DNA of 64,000 nucleotides from Rebecca billardiae RCC1528 (Eukaryota; Protista; Haptophyta), in contig OZ251226.1 in NCBI GenBank assembly GCA_965240325.2, forward strand, positions 1,984,001-2,048,000, written 5' to 3'. The position numbers and the translations under genes were made by a program. The notes under the pieces are model-generated. The model was not told the origin of the DNA and ran no database searches. It was given only the letters and a program-made list of their open reading frames with translations. Below are positions 12,872 through 25,500 of this stretch, in pieces. Numbering within the stretch: the first letter of the stretch is position 1; each line of letters opens with the position of its first letter.

Positions 12872-15334
12872 ACGGCCCGGGCGCAGCCGCCGCCGCCGCG
12901 GCGGCGGCGGCCGCGGCGATGGCCGGCGGCGCCGAGCCCTCCCCCTCGCCCACTCCGCGACGGCGGTGCGCGTCCGGCGGCGCGGACGGCGGCGCGGCGG
13001 CTGCGCATGTCTCAACCGGTGCCAGTGCCGCCGTGCCGTACGCCGCGGGCGGCGCGGGGCTGCCGGTGCGCGCGTTGCACGAGGTGTCCTTCACGCTCAC
13101 GCCCACCGCGCCCGGGCTGCACACCGTCGCCATCACCGTCCTGGACATCCACGCGCCCGCCGAGACATTCCGAGTGCACGTGCAGCTCGTCGTCGAGTGC
13201 GGGCTGCTCGCGCTCACGCGCCCGCCGCGCGAGTTCGCGCCGCCGCCGGCGCTCGCCGCGCTCGGCGCCGCCGAGTCGGACGAGGAGGCGCGCGCGGACG
13301 GCGAGCCGGACTCGGCGGACGAGGCGGCGGACGCGGACGCGGCGGAGGGCGCGGGCGCGGGCTGGGCGGCGCTCGATGCGCGCGCGCGCGCGATCGCGCG
13401 CCGCAGCCGCTCCGTGCCGCAGAGCCTACGAGCCGCGCCGCCGAGCCGCGCGGTCGCGCCGCCGGCCGGCGCGGCGCTGCAGCCGCTGCCGCGGCTGCGC
13501 TTCGGCGCGCTCGCGTGCGCGCCCACGAGCGGCGCGGGCGCGTGGCGCGAGCTGGGCGCCTCGGGCGGCGGCGCCGACGAGTCGTCGCGCGGGCGCTCGC
13601 GCGCCGCGCCGCCCACGCCGTTGGCCGGCGGCAGCATCTCTTTTGCGCTCGCCGCCGCGCACGCGGATGCGGCCGCGGACGCGAGCGCCGCGCCCGGCGC
13701 GGCGGGCGCGGCGGACGCGGCGGCGGCGGCCGCGGCCGTGGCAGTCGAGGAGCCGCCCGCGCCGCTCGCGGCGCCGCCTGCGCTCGACGCGCATCTCATC
13801 GTCGCTCGGATCGCGCTGGCTGAGCTGGGCGGCGCGCGCGAGGCCGGCGGGGACGAGGCCGGCGCGCGCGCGCTGCTGCCGCGCGCCATTGAGCCCGCCG
13901 CCTCGCTCGACGTGGACGCGGTGCTCAGCGCGACGCCCCTGACGCTCGAGCGCGCGCGCGCGATGCTCGCCGCGCGGCGCGCGCGGCGCGCCGCGGCCGA
14001 CGACGAGGACGCCGCAGCGTTGGCGTCGGCGCCGCCCGGCGGCGGTGGAGCGAGCGCGCGAGAGGTGGCGCCGCCTGCGCACTCGATGCGCGCGTGCGGC
14101 GAGCCGCTCGCGCTGCGCGGCGCGCCCGCCCACGTCTGGCTCTACCTGGCGCTGCGCTCGCTGCCGGCCGACGTGTGCGCGCCAAGCCCCCTCTTTGCGC
14201 CGGGCAGCGCGCGCGCTCTGCTCGGCGGGCGGCGCGCACCTCTGTGTGGTCTGCTGTGCCTGCGCGAGGCGCGCGCGCCGCCCGCGCCGCCCGGCGCCGC
14301 GCTCCTCTCCGCGTGGCTCGTCGGCTTCGCGTGCGTGCCGCGCGTCGTCGCCGAGCCCGCCGAGCTCCTCCTCGGCGCGCGCGCTCGCACGTCCGAAGTC
14401 GCGCTCCCGCCGATCCGGCTCGTGAACCAATCGGACCTGGGCGCGCGTCTGTGCGTGCGCGCGCGCGACCTGCCGCCGAGCGTGCGCGCGCGATTCCAGC
14501 TGAACGGCGGCGCCGCGCTCGGCGGCGGCGGCGCGGAGGACGAGGCGGTGGTGCTCAGCGCGGAGGTGGGCGCGCGCCAGTCCGTCGTCCTCGGCATGCG
14601 CGCGCTCCGCTTCTGCGCCGACTGGGCGGACGCGGCAGCGGCGGCGTGCGGCGTTGCGGAGGAGGCGGCGCGGATGGCGGGGCTCGCGCCCGCGCACACA
14701 CTCGCCGCCGCCGCCGCCGCCGCCACGCCGACCTCCGCCGCCGCCGAGCCGCCATTCGCGCCGCCGTCAGGCGGCGGCGGCGGCGGCGGCGGCGGCATGC
14801 CGGGCGGCGGCGGCAGTAGCGGCCTGCTCGATGGTTCGGGCGTGCGCGCGCCGCGCGCTCGAGAGTGGGAGCTTGTGCTTAGCCACACGGCCGACCCGAG
14901 GCTGTCGCTTCTTCTGCCGCTCCGCGCGTCCACCTTTGAGCCCGCGCTCGCGTTCCGCGGCGTGCTGCTGGCGCCTCCGGGCGTGGATCTCGAGCTGTGC
15001 GCGCCGCGGCTGAGCGCGCGCCGGCTGCTTCGCGCGGGGAGCACGCTGGCGCGCGCCGGCGAGGAGGGCGATGAGTCTGAGCCGCGCCGCCGCAGTTCGT
15101 ACGCGGCGGCGGTCGGCGGCTTCGGCGGGCGCGTCGGCGCGGCGAGCGCCGCCGAGGCGCAGCTGGGCGGCGGCGGCGGTGGCGGCGGCGGCGGCGAGGC
15201 GGCGGGGATGCCGGAGTTGCCTGCGCTGCGCGTACACGCGTTCACCGCGCGGCGCGCGGGCATGGCGGTGGGCGTCCCTCCGGTCACGGTGCCGGCGGCG
15301 CGTCATCACAAGTCGGCGCCGGCGGCGGGCGCGA

Positions 15335-15373
<39 letters not shown>

Positions 15374-18093
15374 GGAGCGGCGGCGCGGCTGGCGGCGGCG
15401 CGGCCGGCGGCGCGGGCGCGTCCGCCGCGGCGTGCGGCTCGGGAGGCGCCGGGCCCAGCGGCTCCGCCCTCTCCTCCGCCGTGTGCGACGGCGTGCTGCA
15501 CATCACAAACCAGTCTGAGGGCCTGCAGATGCTCGAGTTCACCCTCCACCCGCTCCGAGCGCGCAGGGCGGTCAGCGGCGCGCTCGCCGCGCTCAGCGAG
15601 GCGTCAGCCGCGGGCGGCGGCGCGCGCGCGGGCGCGGGCGCGGACGGCGGCGGCGCGCTCGCCGAAGCGTCGTCGGACAACCCGACCGAGTCGGAGGTCG
15701 AGCCGGATGACGGCCCGCCCGCCGACGGCGTGGAGGGCGCGCGCGCCGGCGCGGCGGGCAGCCGCGCGCGCGCCGGCCGAGCGCGCGCGCGCGCGGCCGT
15801 GCAGTCGATGCTGTGTGGCGCGCCCGTCGCCGAGGCAATCTCGCTCGATCTCGTGCGCTGGTCGAAGGGGCGCGCGGCGAAGGGGTTCGCGCCGCTCGCC
15901 ACGACCGCGCCCGCGTCCTCCGCCGCGTCCGCCGCCTCGCCCCTCCCCACATCCACCTCTCTCGCGCCGGGCGAAGTTCTTGAGGTCGCGGTACGCGCGC
16001 AGGCGCTGCCGAGCGCGCGCGCGCGCCGCGTGGGCGGGCTCGCCGAGCGCACGCTGCGGCTGGGCGCGCTCGAGGTGCGCGCGCACGGCGCGTCGCGCGT
16101 CGCGCGCGGCGCGGACGGCGCGGAGGCCGCCGGCGCGGACGGCGGGCTCGGCGGCGAGTCGGTCGAAGTGTTCGCCCTGCTCGGCTCAGTGCGCCGCGTC
16201 TCGCCGCTGAAGGTGTCGCCCACGCACATGCACTTTGGCGCCGGCTCGTCCGCGGCGAAGGGCGGCGGCGGCGCGCTGCAGGGCCGCGCGCAGACGCACA
16301 CGCTCTGGGTGAGCAACGACGCGCTCCAGGCCGAGCTGCGCTTCCGCGTGTACGTGCACGTCCCCGGGTGCGGCTGGCAACCTGCGCGCGCGGCCGAGGC
16401 CGAGCCAGGCGGCGCCGCGGCGCCCGTCACCGCCGAGCCGCACGCTGCCACCGTCAAGCCGGGCGAGCGGCTGGCAGTGACGGTCTCGTTCGACCAGCAG
16501 CTCGCGCTCGCGGCGGGCGCGCACGCCGGCGGCACGGTCACGCTGCGCGTCGTCGACTGCGACGACGAGGAGGAGGAGGGGGCGGAGGCGGAGGCGCGCG
16601 CGCGCGAGCCGCGAGCTGAGGCTTCGGGCGGCGGCGCGCTCGACGCGCTGGCGGCCGCGCCCGCGCCGGGCGCGGACGCGGACGCCGCCCCTGGCGAGCT
16701 CGTGACTCTTCACATCGCCGCGCCCGTGCCGGCCGCGCCCACCGCCGCGGCGGGCGCCGAGGCCTCGGCCGCGGAGGCGGAGACGGCGCAGCTGGCGGGC
16801 GCGGCCGCGGCCGACCCCACGCCCGCGCTCGCGGCGGGCGGCGCGGCCGCGGCGGTCTCGGCGGCCGCGCCCGCGCCGCCCCACGCGGCGGGCGCGCGCG
16901 AGGGCGCGGGCGGCGCGGGCGTGGCGCATGCCGGCGGCGCGGCCGCGGTGGCGCACGCCGCCGAGGGCGCGGCGGGCGGCGGCGCGGCTGCGGGCATGGC
17001 CGCGGGCGCGCCCGCCCGCACGGCCTGCGCAAGCGCCGCCGCTGACTCGGACGGAGTGGGCGGCGCGACGGCGACGGCCGCCGCCGCCGCGGCGGCCGAC
17101 GCGGCCGCCGCGGCCGCCGCGGCGTGCGGCGGCGGTGCCGCCGGGTCGAAGGGCGACGCCGCTGCCACGTGCGCGCACGGCGGCGGCGGCGGCGGCGGCG
17201 GCGCGCTCGCGCCCGCCGCGTCGGCCGGCGGCCCTGCTGGCGGCAGCGCAGTCGCGACGGGCGCGGTCAAGGCCGCGGCGGACGGCAGCGCGCTGGCGCC
17301 GGCCGACGGCGGCGCGCCCACGCGGCGCGCCACGGCGGACACGGCGCCGCTCATCGCGCTGCGCGGCTGCACGCCCGTCGCGGGCAGCGCGCGGCGGTTT
17401 CAGGTAGACCTCGGCCAACAAGGCGTGGGCACGGGCGATGCTGAATGGGAGCTCGGACTGGAGCTGCAGCCGGACTCCGGGCTCGAGCGGTGCGCGGTGC
17501 GCTACTCGATCGTGCCCGCCGACGCGCTCGCGTACGAGTGGCTCAGCCTCTCGCGCTGGAGCGGCAAGCTGGAGGGCCCGCACGCGAAGCACACGATCCG
17601 GCTGCGCGCGTCGACCGCCGCGCTCGCCACCCGCACGACCTACTTGTCCGTCGTGAATCAGGAGCGGCACGCGGACCTCTCGGTGGTGCGCGTCGCGATC
17701 GAGGTGGTCGCGGACGCGCCCGCCGCGTCGCGCTGCTTCCGCGTGCGCGTGGAGGGGACGACGGGGCCGCGCGTGCCGCCGCCGCTCGGCGGCGAGCCCG
17801 CAGGCGCAGCTGGAGGCGCGGCCGCGGCGGCGGCCGCCGCCGTCGCCGCCGCCACGGCCTCGTCGGCGGGCAGCGCGGCCGCGGCGGCGGCTGCCACGGC
17901 CGCGGCCGCGGCGGCTGTCTCCGCCGGCTCTGTGGGCAGCGTGCCGCCCCTGGCAGCCTGCGCAGCCGTGGGCTCCGGCGCGGGCGGCGCGGGCGGCGGC
18001 GCGGAGGCGGGCGCGGGCGCGGGCGGCGGCGGCGGCGGTGGTGGCAGTGGCGCCGCTGGCGCGTCGGTGGGCGGCGGTGGCGGCGGCCCCGCG

Positions 18094-18125
<32 letters not shown>

Positions 18126-19188
18126 CGCCGACGGCGGCGCCTCCGCCGACGGCGCGCCCGGCTCGCGCGGCGGCGGCGCGCCGTCGGACGCGTCCGACTC
18201 GTCGCCGCTGGTCATGGACTTTGGCGACATTTATTACGAGCACCTGTACACCAATCGCTCGTTTGTGATTGAGAATCTGACCGAGATGTCCCTCGACTTT
18301 TTGGTGTCGCACTCGGCGCACACGGCGCTGCACGCGCAGCAGCAGCACGCGGCCGAGGGCGCGGTGCCGCCGCACCTCGTCGCGCACGAGCTCATGTTCT
18401 CCCTCTCCAACACGACTCTCAAGTTGTTCGACCTGATCTCGATCCCCGCGCACTCGAGCAAGCGCGTGTGGGCGCACTTCCGCCCGGCCGTGGTCGCGCG
18501 CGGCGGGCGCCGGCCGCCCTCGCCGAAGCGGCTCGGCGGCGGCGGCGGCGCGGACGAGCCCGTCCCGACCGCGTCACTGCCCACGCCCCCCGTCCCGTCG
18601 AGCGACGTCTCGATCCACGTCTTCGTCTCGTGCCGTCTGGTGCGCGACCACCGCACCGTAATCGCGATGAACGCTCGCTGCCACGCGCCGCACATGGCGG
18701 TGCCCACCGCGCACCTGCTGTTTGCGGTCGCGGGCGGCGGCGGCGGCGCGCGCGTCGGCGGCGGCGGCGGCTCGTCGACCGCGCTGCTTGCGCTCGGCGG
18801 CGGCGGCGGCGGCGGCGTTGCGTCCGCGCCGCTCGCTGCCGCCAGCGGCGCGGCGGAGGGCGAGGAGGAGGGTGGCGGGCATGACGACTCGTCCGGCAGC
18901 GGCGCCACGCCCTCGCGCCGCGGCAAGCGGGCCCTTGGTGGCCACGGCTCCGGGGGTCTGCTCGTGCGGCTCCTGGACTCGGGCGAGGCGAGCGGCGGCG
19001 GCGGCGGCATCGGCGGCGGCGTCCTCCGCGGCGGCGGCGGCGCGGCGGGCGAGCCGGGGGCGGGCGCGGACGCGCGGTGCGCGCTTGTCCCGGTACAAAA
19101 CCTGCACCCCGATCTCGACCTGGAGATCGCGATGCGGCCGACCGCGCACTTCTTCGCGATCGAGCTGGTCGACGAGGAGCGCGCGCCG

Positions 19189-19224
<36 letters not shown>

Positions 19225-20332
19225 TCGGCCGCGGCCGCCTCCACGCGCGAAGTCCGTACCCTTGTGCGCGGCGGCGGTCGGGCGCTCTTCCGAGTGTCCG
19301 CGCTCGAGCCGCGCATCCGCGACTCGCTCGCCGCGCTGCACAAGGCACGGTACTCGGTGGAGCACTTCTCCCTGTACAACGTGCGCGACCTGAACGAGCA
19401 CTGCCGCGTCTCCGTCACGCTCGCGTGCGGCCGGCCGGGCGAGTCGGTGCCGCGCGGCCTCTCGCGCAAGCTGTCCGTGCTCGGTGCGCACTCGCGCTCC
19501 GCACCGTTCGCCGAGCTCGAGGAGGAGGTGCTGCGCTTCCACATCGCGTTCCGCGAGTTCTGGCAGCGGCGGATGGGCGAGCTCGCGCACGCGCACCGCG
19601 CGTCGCTCAGCGCGGACACGGCGATGGGCCCGGCCGAGGCGGTGCTCCGCGCGCTCCCACCAGAGCTCGTCTTTGGCGACCTCCCGCGCGACCGCGAGCA
19701 CGCGGCGCTCTGGTTCTCATACAGGTACCTCACCGACGAGTTCGTGTTCTACGGCATCCAGGGCTCGGCGATGATGTCGGCGGCGCTGCAACTTGCCGTG
19801 CTGTGCTACTCGGTGCGCGCGCGGCGCCGCGCGATCGCGCCGCGCCGCGCCGCGCGCCCGCCGCGCGATGGCGCTCATGACGTGCCGCTGCGCTGCCCCG
19901 GCCCCCCGCGCCGCGCCGCTGCCGTGCTGGCTGCAGACTCTCTTCCAGCACGAGATCTTCCTCGGCCCGTATGGCCCGGGGTCGGCGTCGAGCGGCGCGG
20001 GCGCGCTCGTCCACCCCGGCGGCTCCTCACGCTCGCTCCCGCCGTCCGCCTCCGCGGCGGCGCCCGCGCTGCCGCCGCTGCCCGAGGAGCTGGCGCCGTG
20101 GGTGAAGCAGCTGTGCTACTTTCTCTCCTACTTCCCCGACAAGGAGGTGGGCGTGGGGCTGATGCACGAGCTGCAGGGGCTGCGGCACGCGCTACGGCTC
20201 AGGCTGGCCAAGGCCGCGCAGGCGTCGGCCCGCTCGCGCCCGGCCAGCGGCGCGGGCGCGCGCGAGGCGGTCGACACGACCCACTGGGCGCACAAGCCGG
20301 ACGGGGCCAACTGGGTGAGCAACCCGCAATAA
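2806..20332 (+). CDS. Giant (~5800 aa) protein with many ASH/MSP Ig-like domains separated by Gly/Ala low-complexity tracts; exons 2806-19812 and 19937-20332
   Basis: 17-kb open frame with recurring ASH-like motifs (LDFGDCY..ITLRNVS; VHFGEVDV..VKVENLA; INFGTRM..LVLHNRS; VDFGSC..LLTNTT; IDLGRS..CLSNE; MHFG..LWVSND; MDFGDIY..FVIENLT). Intron 19813-19936 (GTGCGC...CTGCAG) joins ...LCYS to TLFQHEIF...WVKQLCYFLSYFP. Confidence 0.8.
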
Positions 20333-20790
20333 TAAGGCAGTCTGGGCAGTATCATCTAATACTGTAAGCTCGCGACCCCCTCTGCCTCCATAGCTGCACG
20401 AGTGAAATACAGGCGCCTCGCTGCCAGGGCCAGTGGCCCAGACCCCTGCCCAGCTACTGGGCTCGATGACAGTCCCCTCAGTCCCCTTCCCCGCGCAGGG
20501 ATCCGGATCGGCTAGTGGCTGGCCCTCTGCCCACACTGGGGCACCCTAGGGGGTGCCTCTTCTGCCGACTCGGCTCAAACTCGATGATCTTGAATTTCAA
20601 GGCCGTGCACTGCTTGTACCTGGGACCACCCCACAGTGTTGGGCTTGTATGGCAAAACCCCGCCCCCTCTGGAGGCGGGCTGTCCACAGTGGAGTGGTGT
20701 CAAGACACTACGGGTGTCTCGGTCCGAGTGGTTTGAGGTTGGGTGAGGGTGGTGGTTGGTTGGGGGCTGGCCAGGGTAGGGCTGGAGGCT

Positions 20791-20841
20791 TCGGCCGCCA
20801 GCCTGATCACCCGGAGCCCGTTATAAAGGGGAATTTTAAAA
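20791..20841 (+). repeat. ~50-bp dispersed repeat, copy 1 (copy 2 at 33062-33113); possible 3' end of a non-LTR retroelement
   Basis: tcggccgccagcctgatcacccggagcccgttataaaggggaattt(t)aaaa occurs at both loci and ends in an A-rich run. Confidence 0.75.
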
Positions 20842-21092
20842 GTAGTGGCCCGCGAAGTTCAAAGTGCTGCGCGACACCAGCGCCGGTCGGATATGACTAC
20901 AGTTTATTTGTTTTAACGTGCGTAATAGGCTCACGGTGGCAGGTTGCCGCGCCATCCTTCAGCGCAGTACTCACAGGGGCGTTCCCCGCACTGGTCATAC
21001 GCCAAATCGAACCGCGTTCCTATTGAAATTGGTTTCCTCTATTTCAAGCGGGTACATTTGATTACGGCCCCGTCGGCCCGCGCCGGTCCGGT

Positions 21093-21121
21093 AGCAATGC
21101 CCCCCCAGGGGGGGCATTGCT
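21093..21121. repeat. Perfect 29-bp palindrome
   Basis: AGCAATGCCCCCCC-A-GGGGGGGCATTGCT. Confidence 0.85.
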
Positions 21122-21165
21122 TTCGGGAGCGTGTGGCAGGATCCCGGGAACGCCCTTGACAATGC

Positions 21166-21274
<109 letters not shown>

Positions 21275-21502
21275 CCGCGTTCCGCGGTCCTTTTCCGTAG
21301 AACGAACGTAGTTCGGGGCCCGCGGTGGCGGTGCACCCTCCGTCGCAGTCGTCTATTGACAGACCAGTTGCATGCCCGTACAACTAGACTCCAGCGGCGC
21401 GCCGCTGCGCCCCGGCGCCGGCGCCGCGGGCGCGGGCCCATTGACGCAGCCGCCGGCGCGGCGCCCGGATTGTGTACAGGTAACAGGAACAGGCGGATGC
21501 GA

Positions 21503-21813
21503 CGAGGCGTGATCGACGCATGAGCGCGACTCCACGTGCACGCCAGCAGGCCACGTGGAGCTGACAGCCAGGGAACACGGCGCGGGGCCGCGGATTCGTT
21601 CGGGCCGCTGCTGCTGACCGCGCTGTCTGTCGTCACCGCGCGCCGCGGCAGCGCCAGCCCCAGGAGTAGTCAGTAGATGATTTGCACTGGTCCGAGTAGG
21701 GTTCGACCAGCGCCTGCGCGACGGCCGACAGGCGGGCGCGAGGCGTGATCGACGCATGAGCGCAACTCTATCTACGTGCACGCCAGGCCACGCGGAGCTG
21801 ACAGCCAGAGGGA
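21503..21813 (+). repeat. Diverged ~70-bp direct repeat pair (21503-21574 and 21739-21813)
   Basis: cgaggcgtgatcgacgcatgagcgc...acgtgcacgccag..gccacg(t/c)ggagctgacagccag is present twice. Confidence 0.8.
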
Positions 21814-22797
21814 GCACTGTGTGTGCCGAGGTGCGAGGGCACCGGTGATCGTTATTTCGCGCGCCGCGCGTGCACTGCACGGGGTCACGGGGTGACACAC
21901 CTCGGTCAGGCTCGGCACGCGTCGCAGAGGCACGGCCAGCTCTGGGGACGTCGCGCACCACCGTCGCCCGCGCCGCAGCTCGTCCTCCTAGGTCCGCCCG
22001 TCCAGCGCTGCAGACAGACTCGCCGGCGCGGGCCGAGAGTGCCAGCAGAACAGATCGATGGATTCGGGTTGGCGCGCCTGCTCTGAAGAAGAGTTCTGGG
22101 AGACCCTGGCGGAGAGGCATGGCAAGGGGGGGCGTGTGGTGAAGTCGGAGACTCAGAGATCGATCAGTCATCCGGCATCAGTCAGTCAGGCGCCGCTGCC
22201 CCCGAGCTTGCGAGAGCCCGAACAAAGGGCGGCGGCTGAGGCGCCGGCTGACACGCGGGGCCGGCGCAGGCATCGACAGGGCGGCAGGGGCGCGCGGAGT
22301 GACTAGTGAGCGGGGCACGAACGCGACGATGTCGACGGCCGTCGGGACCCGCCGCAGACGCACGCTCCAGGCGCCACTCGGCACTCGCCACGCGCACCTG
22401 CCCATCGCCCCCTTGGACGCCGAGCTAGTCGCGGCTCGCTCGCCACCAACGCCAAAGGTTTTGAGGCCTTGCCAGCTCGGTGAGTCAGTGACTATGAAAT
22501 GGCTGGCAACGAATAGCTGCGGATGTTTTTCAGGAATAGGCTTGCGGGTAGCTTTTAGACTCTACTAACCGTCGCGAAGCCAAGTTCGTATTCATCAAGG
22601 CGGAGGCAAACTATCAAGACGAAAATAGTCTCGAAAGGCACAGCAACGACTTCTTTTTTAAAGCGGCCGTTAGCGTGTCCAGCGGCCAGATTAATTTTCG
22701 AAAAATTACTATGCGCTGCGCGCGCGCCCCTAGGGGGCGGCGCGCGCGCGCGGCTGGTCCCCCCTGCATGCCCGCACCGTCAGCTGCCTGATTGCCG

Positions 22798-25500
22798 CTA
22801 CCCAGCCCCGCTACCGTCGCGCGCGACATCCGCGCCGTAAATCACCGTCACCGAGCGGTCCGGCGAGCGCGCCGCCATCAATTTGCTCCTGAGTGCCGAA
22901 AACTCCTTCTCCGGAAGCCCAGCCTCCTCGCGCAGGAGCTTGCGCGCCGTCATGCACTCCGCGATCAGGTCGATCGCGTCGGTCTCCGCCCTGCGCTGCC
23001 ATTCGCGCTGCCGCTTGGCGTACTTCTTCAGCCAGAGCCGCCGCACCTTGTCGCCGAACTCCTCTGCCCACGTCGCAAGCGACACGCGGCGCACGAGCTG
23101 CGCGACCGTCGAGATGTGCGGCTCCGCCGTCGACTTCTTCCCCTCGGCGTACTCGCGGACGAATGAGTCGAGTGACTTGCGCGCGTGCACGAGCGGCATC
23201 GCACGCTTGGTCACCTGCACGAAATGCCCCTGCACCTGCTCGTCCGCGAGCTGCACGAGGCGCCCCCGCCGCCTGAGGCGAGACGCCGTCTGCGCCCGCC
23301 TCCGTGACCGCCCAGACGTTGAAGCGGAGCGGTGGGACGTTGTGCGAGCCCTGGCCGGCGAGGCTGGCGAGGCTGACGTAAGCGCCGGTGCACGCCACGA
23401 TGGCCTTCTGCTCCTCCGCGTAGTCGGCCGCCTCGGCGCCGCCGCCAAAACCGCCGCCGGCCGCGCTGCCGCCTGCCGAGGCAGTGCTGCCACCGAGGCC
23501 GCGCTGCTGCGCGCCGCCGCCGGCCGCGCCGCCGCCGGCCGCGCCGCCACCAGCCGCACCACCACCCGCACTGTCAGCCGCGCGGCTGGCCGCGCCACAT
23601 GCCGCGCCACCGGCCACGCGGACGCCAGCACCGGCTGTGCCGCTAGCCACGCCGCTGCCACTGCCGGCCGCGCCGCCCACGCCGCCGCCCGCGCCCGCGC
23701 CCGCGCCCACGTTGCCAGCCGCGCCCCCGGCCGCGCCCCCGGCCGCGCCGCCGGCCGCGCCACCGGCCGCGCGGACGCCAGCGCCAGCGGTGCCGCCAGC
23801 CACGCAGCTGCCGCTGCTGCTGCCACCAGTGCTGCTGCTGCCGCCCGCACCGGCCGCGCCGCCGCCGGCCGCGCCACCGCCGGCCGCGCCGCCGCCGGCC
23901 GCGCCGCCGCCGGCCGCGCGATCGCGAGCGCTGTCAGCCGCGCCGCTGTCCGCGCCGCCGGCCGCACCTCCGGCCGCGCCTCCAGCCGCGCGGACGCCAA
24001 CGCCAGCTGTGCCGCCAGCCACGCCACTGCAGCTGCCGCCCGCGCCGCCCGCGCCGCCGCCAGCACCCGCGCCCGCGTTGCCAGCCGCGCCGCCGGCCGC
24101 GTCCGGCCGCGTCGCCGGGCGCACCGCCGCCTGGCGCGCAGTTGTCGGGCGTGCCGCCGTCGGGCGCGCCGCCACCGGGCCCGCCATCGCCCGCGCTGTC
24201 AGCCGCGCCGCCGGCCGCGCCGCAGGCCGCGCCACCGGCCGCGCGGACGCCAACGCCGGCTGTGTCGCCAGTCACGCCGCTGTCGCTGCAGCTGCCGCCG
24301 CTGCTGCCGGCCGCGCCGGCCGCGCGCGGCCGCGCCGCCGGCCGCGCCGCCGCCGGCAGTGCCGCCGCCGGCCGCGCCACCGCCCGCGCTGTCAGCCGCG
24401 CCGCTGGCCGCGCCGCCGGCCGCGCCACCGGCCGCACGGACGCCAGCGCCGACTGTGCCGCCAGCCACGCCGCTGCCGCTGCCGCTCGCGCCGGCCGCGC
24501 CGCCGCCCGTGCCCGCGGACGCGCCCGCGTTGCCAGCCGCGCCGCCCGCCGCGCCGCCGGCCGCGCCGCCGACCGCGCAACCGGCCGCGCGGACTCCAGC
24601 GCCGGCGGCACCGCCAGCTACGCCGCTACCGCTGCCGCTGCCGCCGCTGCCGCCGGCCGCGCCGCCGGCCGCGTCGCCGGCCGCGCCGCCTGCAGCGCCG
24701 CCAGCCGCGCCGCCCTGCCGCGCTGGCCACGTGCAGCGGCGGCAGCTGGCGGCGCCGGTCGCGGTGGGAGCCGGCCGCTCCGGATCACGTCATTGATCCC
24801 GTCGGCGTCCGCACTCCATAGCTCGGGCATGTCCGAGTCCGGCCGCTCCGAGATGGCGATCGCCTCCGACGACGCGAGCGCAACACCCTCATAGTTGCGC
24901 ACGATGGCGATCGTGGCCGCGCGCGAGTGCGCTGCGTTTGGCCCGTGTCCGCCGAGAGGAGGAGGACATGCGGCTGCCCGCGCGGGCGCGCGGACTTGCC
25001 GTAGTGCTCCAAGCGATCCAGCACGGCGCCCACGGCCTGCGCCCACGGCCGCGCCGCCGACTCGCTGCCGATCATCATCACGCCCGCGCCCGCGTGCTCG
25101 CGATTGCGCAGCGCGCTCTCACGTGAGCCAGCCACCGGCGGCGGGATCGGGTGGCGCATGCCCAGGTTGAGCCACGTCGAGAACTCTCGGGCTGGCGCGA
25201 GCCCACGATGCTCAGTGTGCGGTCCTTCTCGCGCGCCTAGTGCACGACGCCCTCGTCGTCGAGCGAGGTGAAGGCATGCAAGACGAGCGCGTCTCACGAG
25301 AAGAGCCGCAGCTTGGCTACACGCAGCAGGTTGTTCTTCTTCCGCTGGGCCTTGATGGCGACGAGGCTGTTGACGCTGCGCTTGACCTCCGCCAGGTAGT
25401 TCTCGTTCGGCATGATCGAGTGGTCCACCTCGCTCGCGGCCTCGCGCGCGCGCAGCTTGAGCATCTCGTGCGGCTGAGCGCCGCGGCCATGCGCAGCCAT
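22798..25500 (-). pseudogene. Disrupted cargo ORF inside the TIR element, with a central Gly/Ala tandem-repeat region
   Basis: Coding-like segments in shifting frames (MAAHGRGAQPHEMLKLR..RLFS*DALVLHAFTSLDDEGVVH*; REFSTWLNLGMRH..LDRLEHYGKS; IAIVRNYEGVAL; DYAEEQKAIVAC; LVQLADEQVQGHF...VIYGADVARDGSGAG*), with in-frame TGA/TAG stops and frameshifts. Confidence 0.6.
23450..24725. repeat. Degenerate GC-rich tandem repeat (ccggccgcgccg units within larger units encoding GVAGGTAGAGVRAAGGAAGG..)
   Basis: Recurrent gccggccgcgcc 12-15mers and at least 6 copies of a cggacgccagc/aac..gtgccgccagccacgcc unit. Confidence 0.8.

Noticed and set aside
5175-19733. Long antisense and alternative-frame ORFs (e.g. 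5175..8279, 5688..8585, 16186..18477)
   Set aside because: Shadow frames of the giant GC-rich CDS; Arg/Pro/Ala-biased with no motifs.
19813-20367. Track C-terminus of the 5853-aa ORF
   Set aside because: Read-through of intron 19813-19936; the spliced frame gives a more protein-like end.
23450-24725. CRISPR-like periodicity
   Set aside because: Degenerate tandem units without unique spacers, eukaryotic context and no cas genes.
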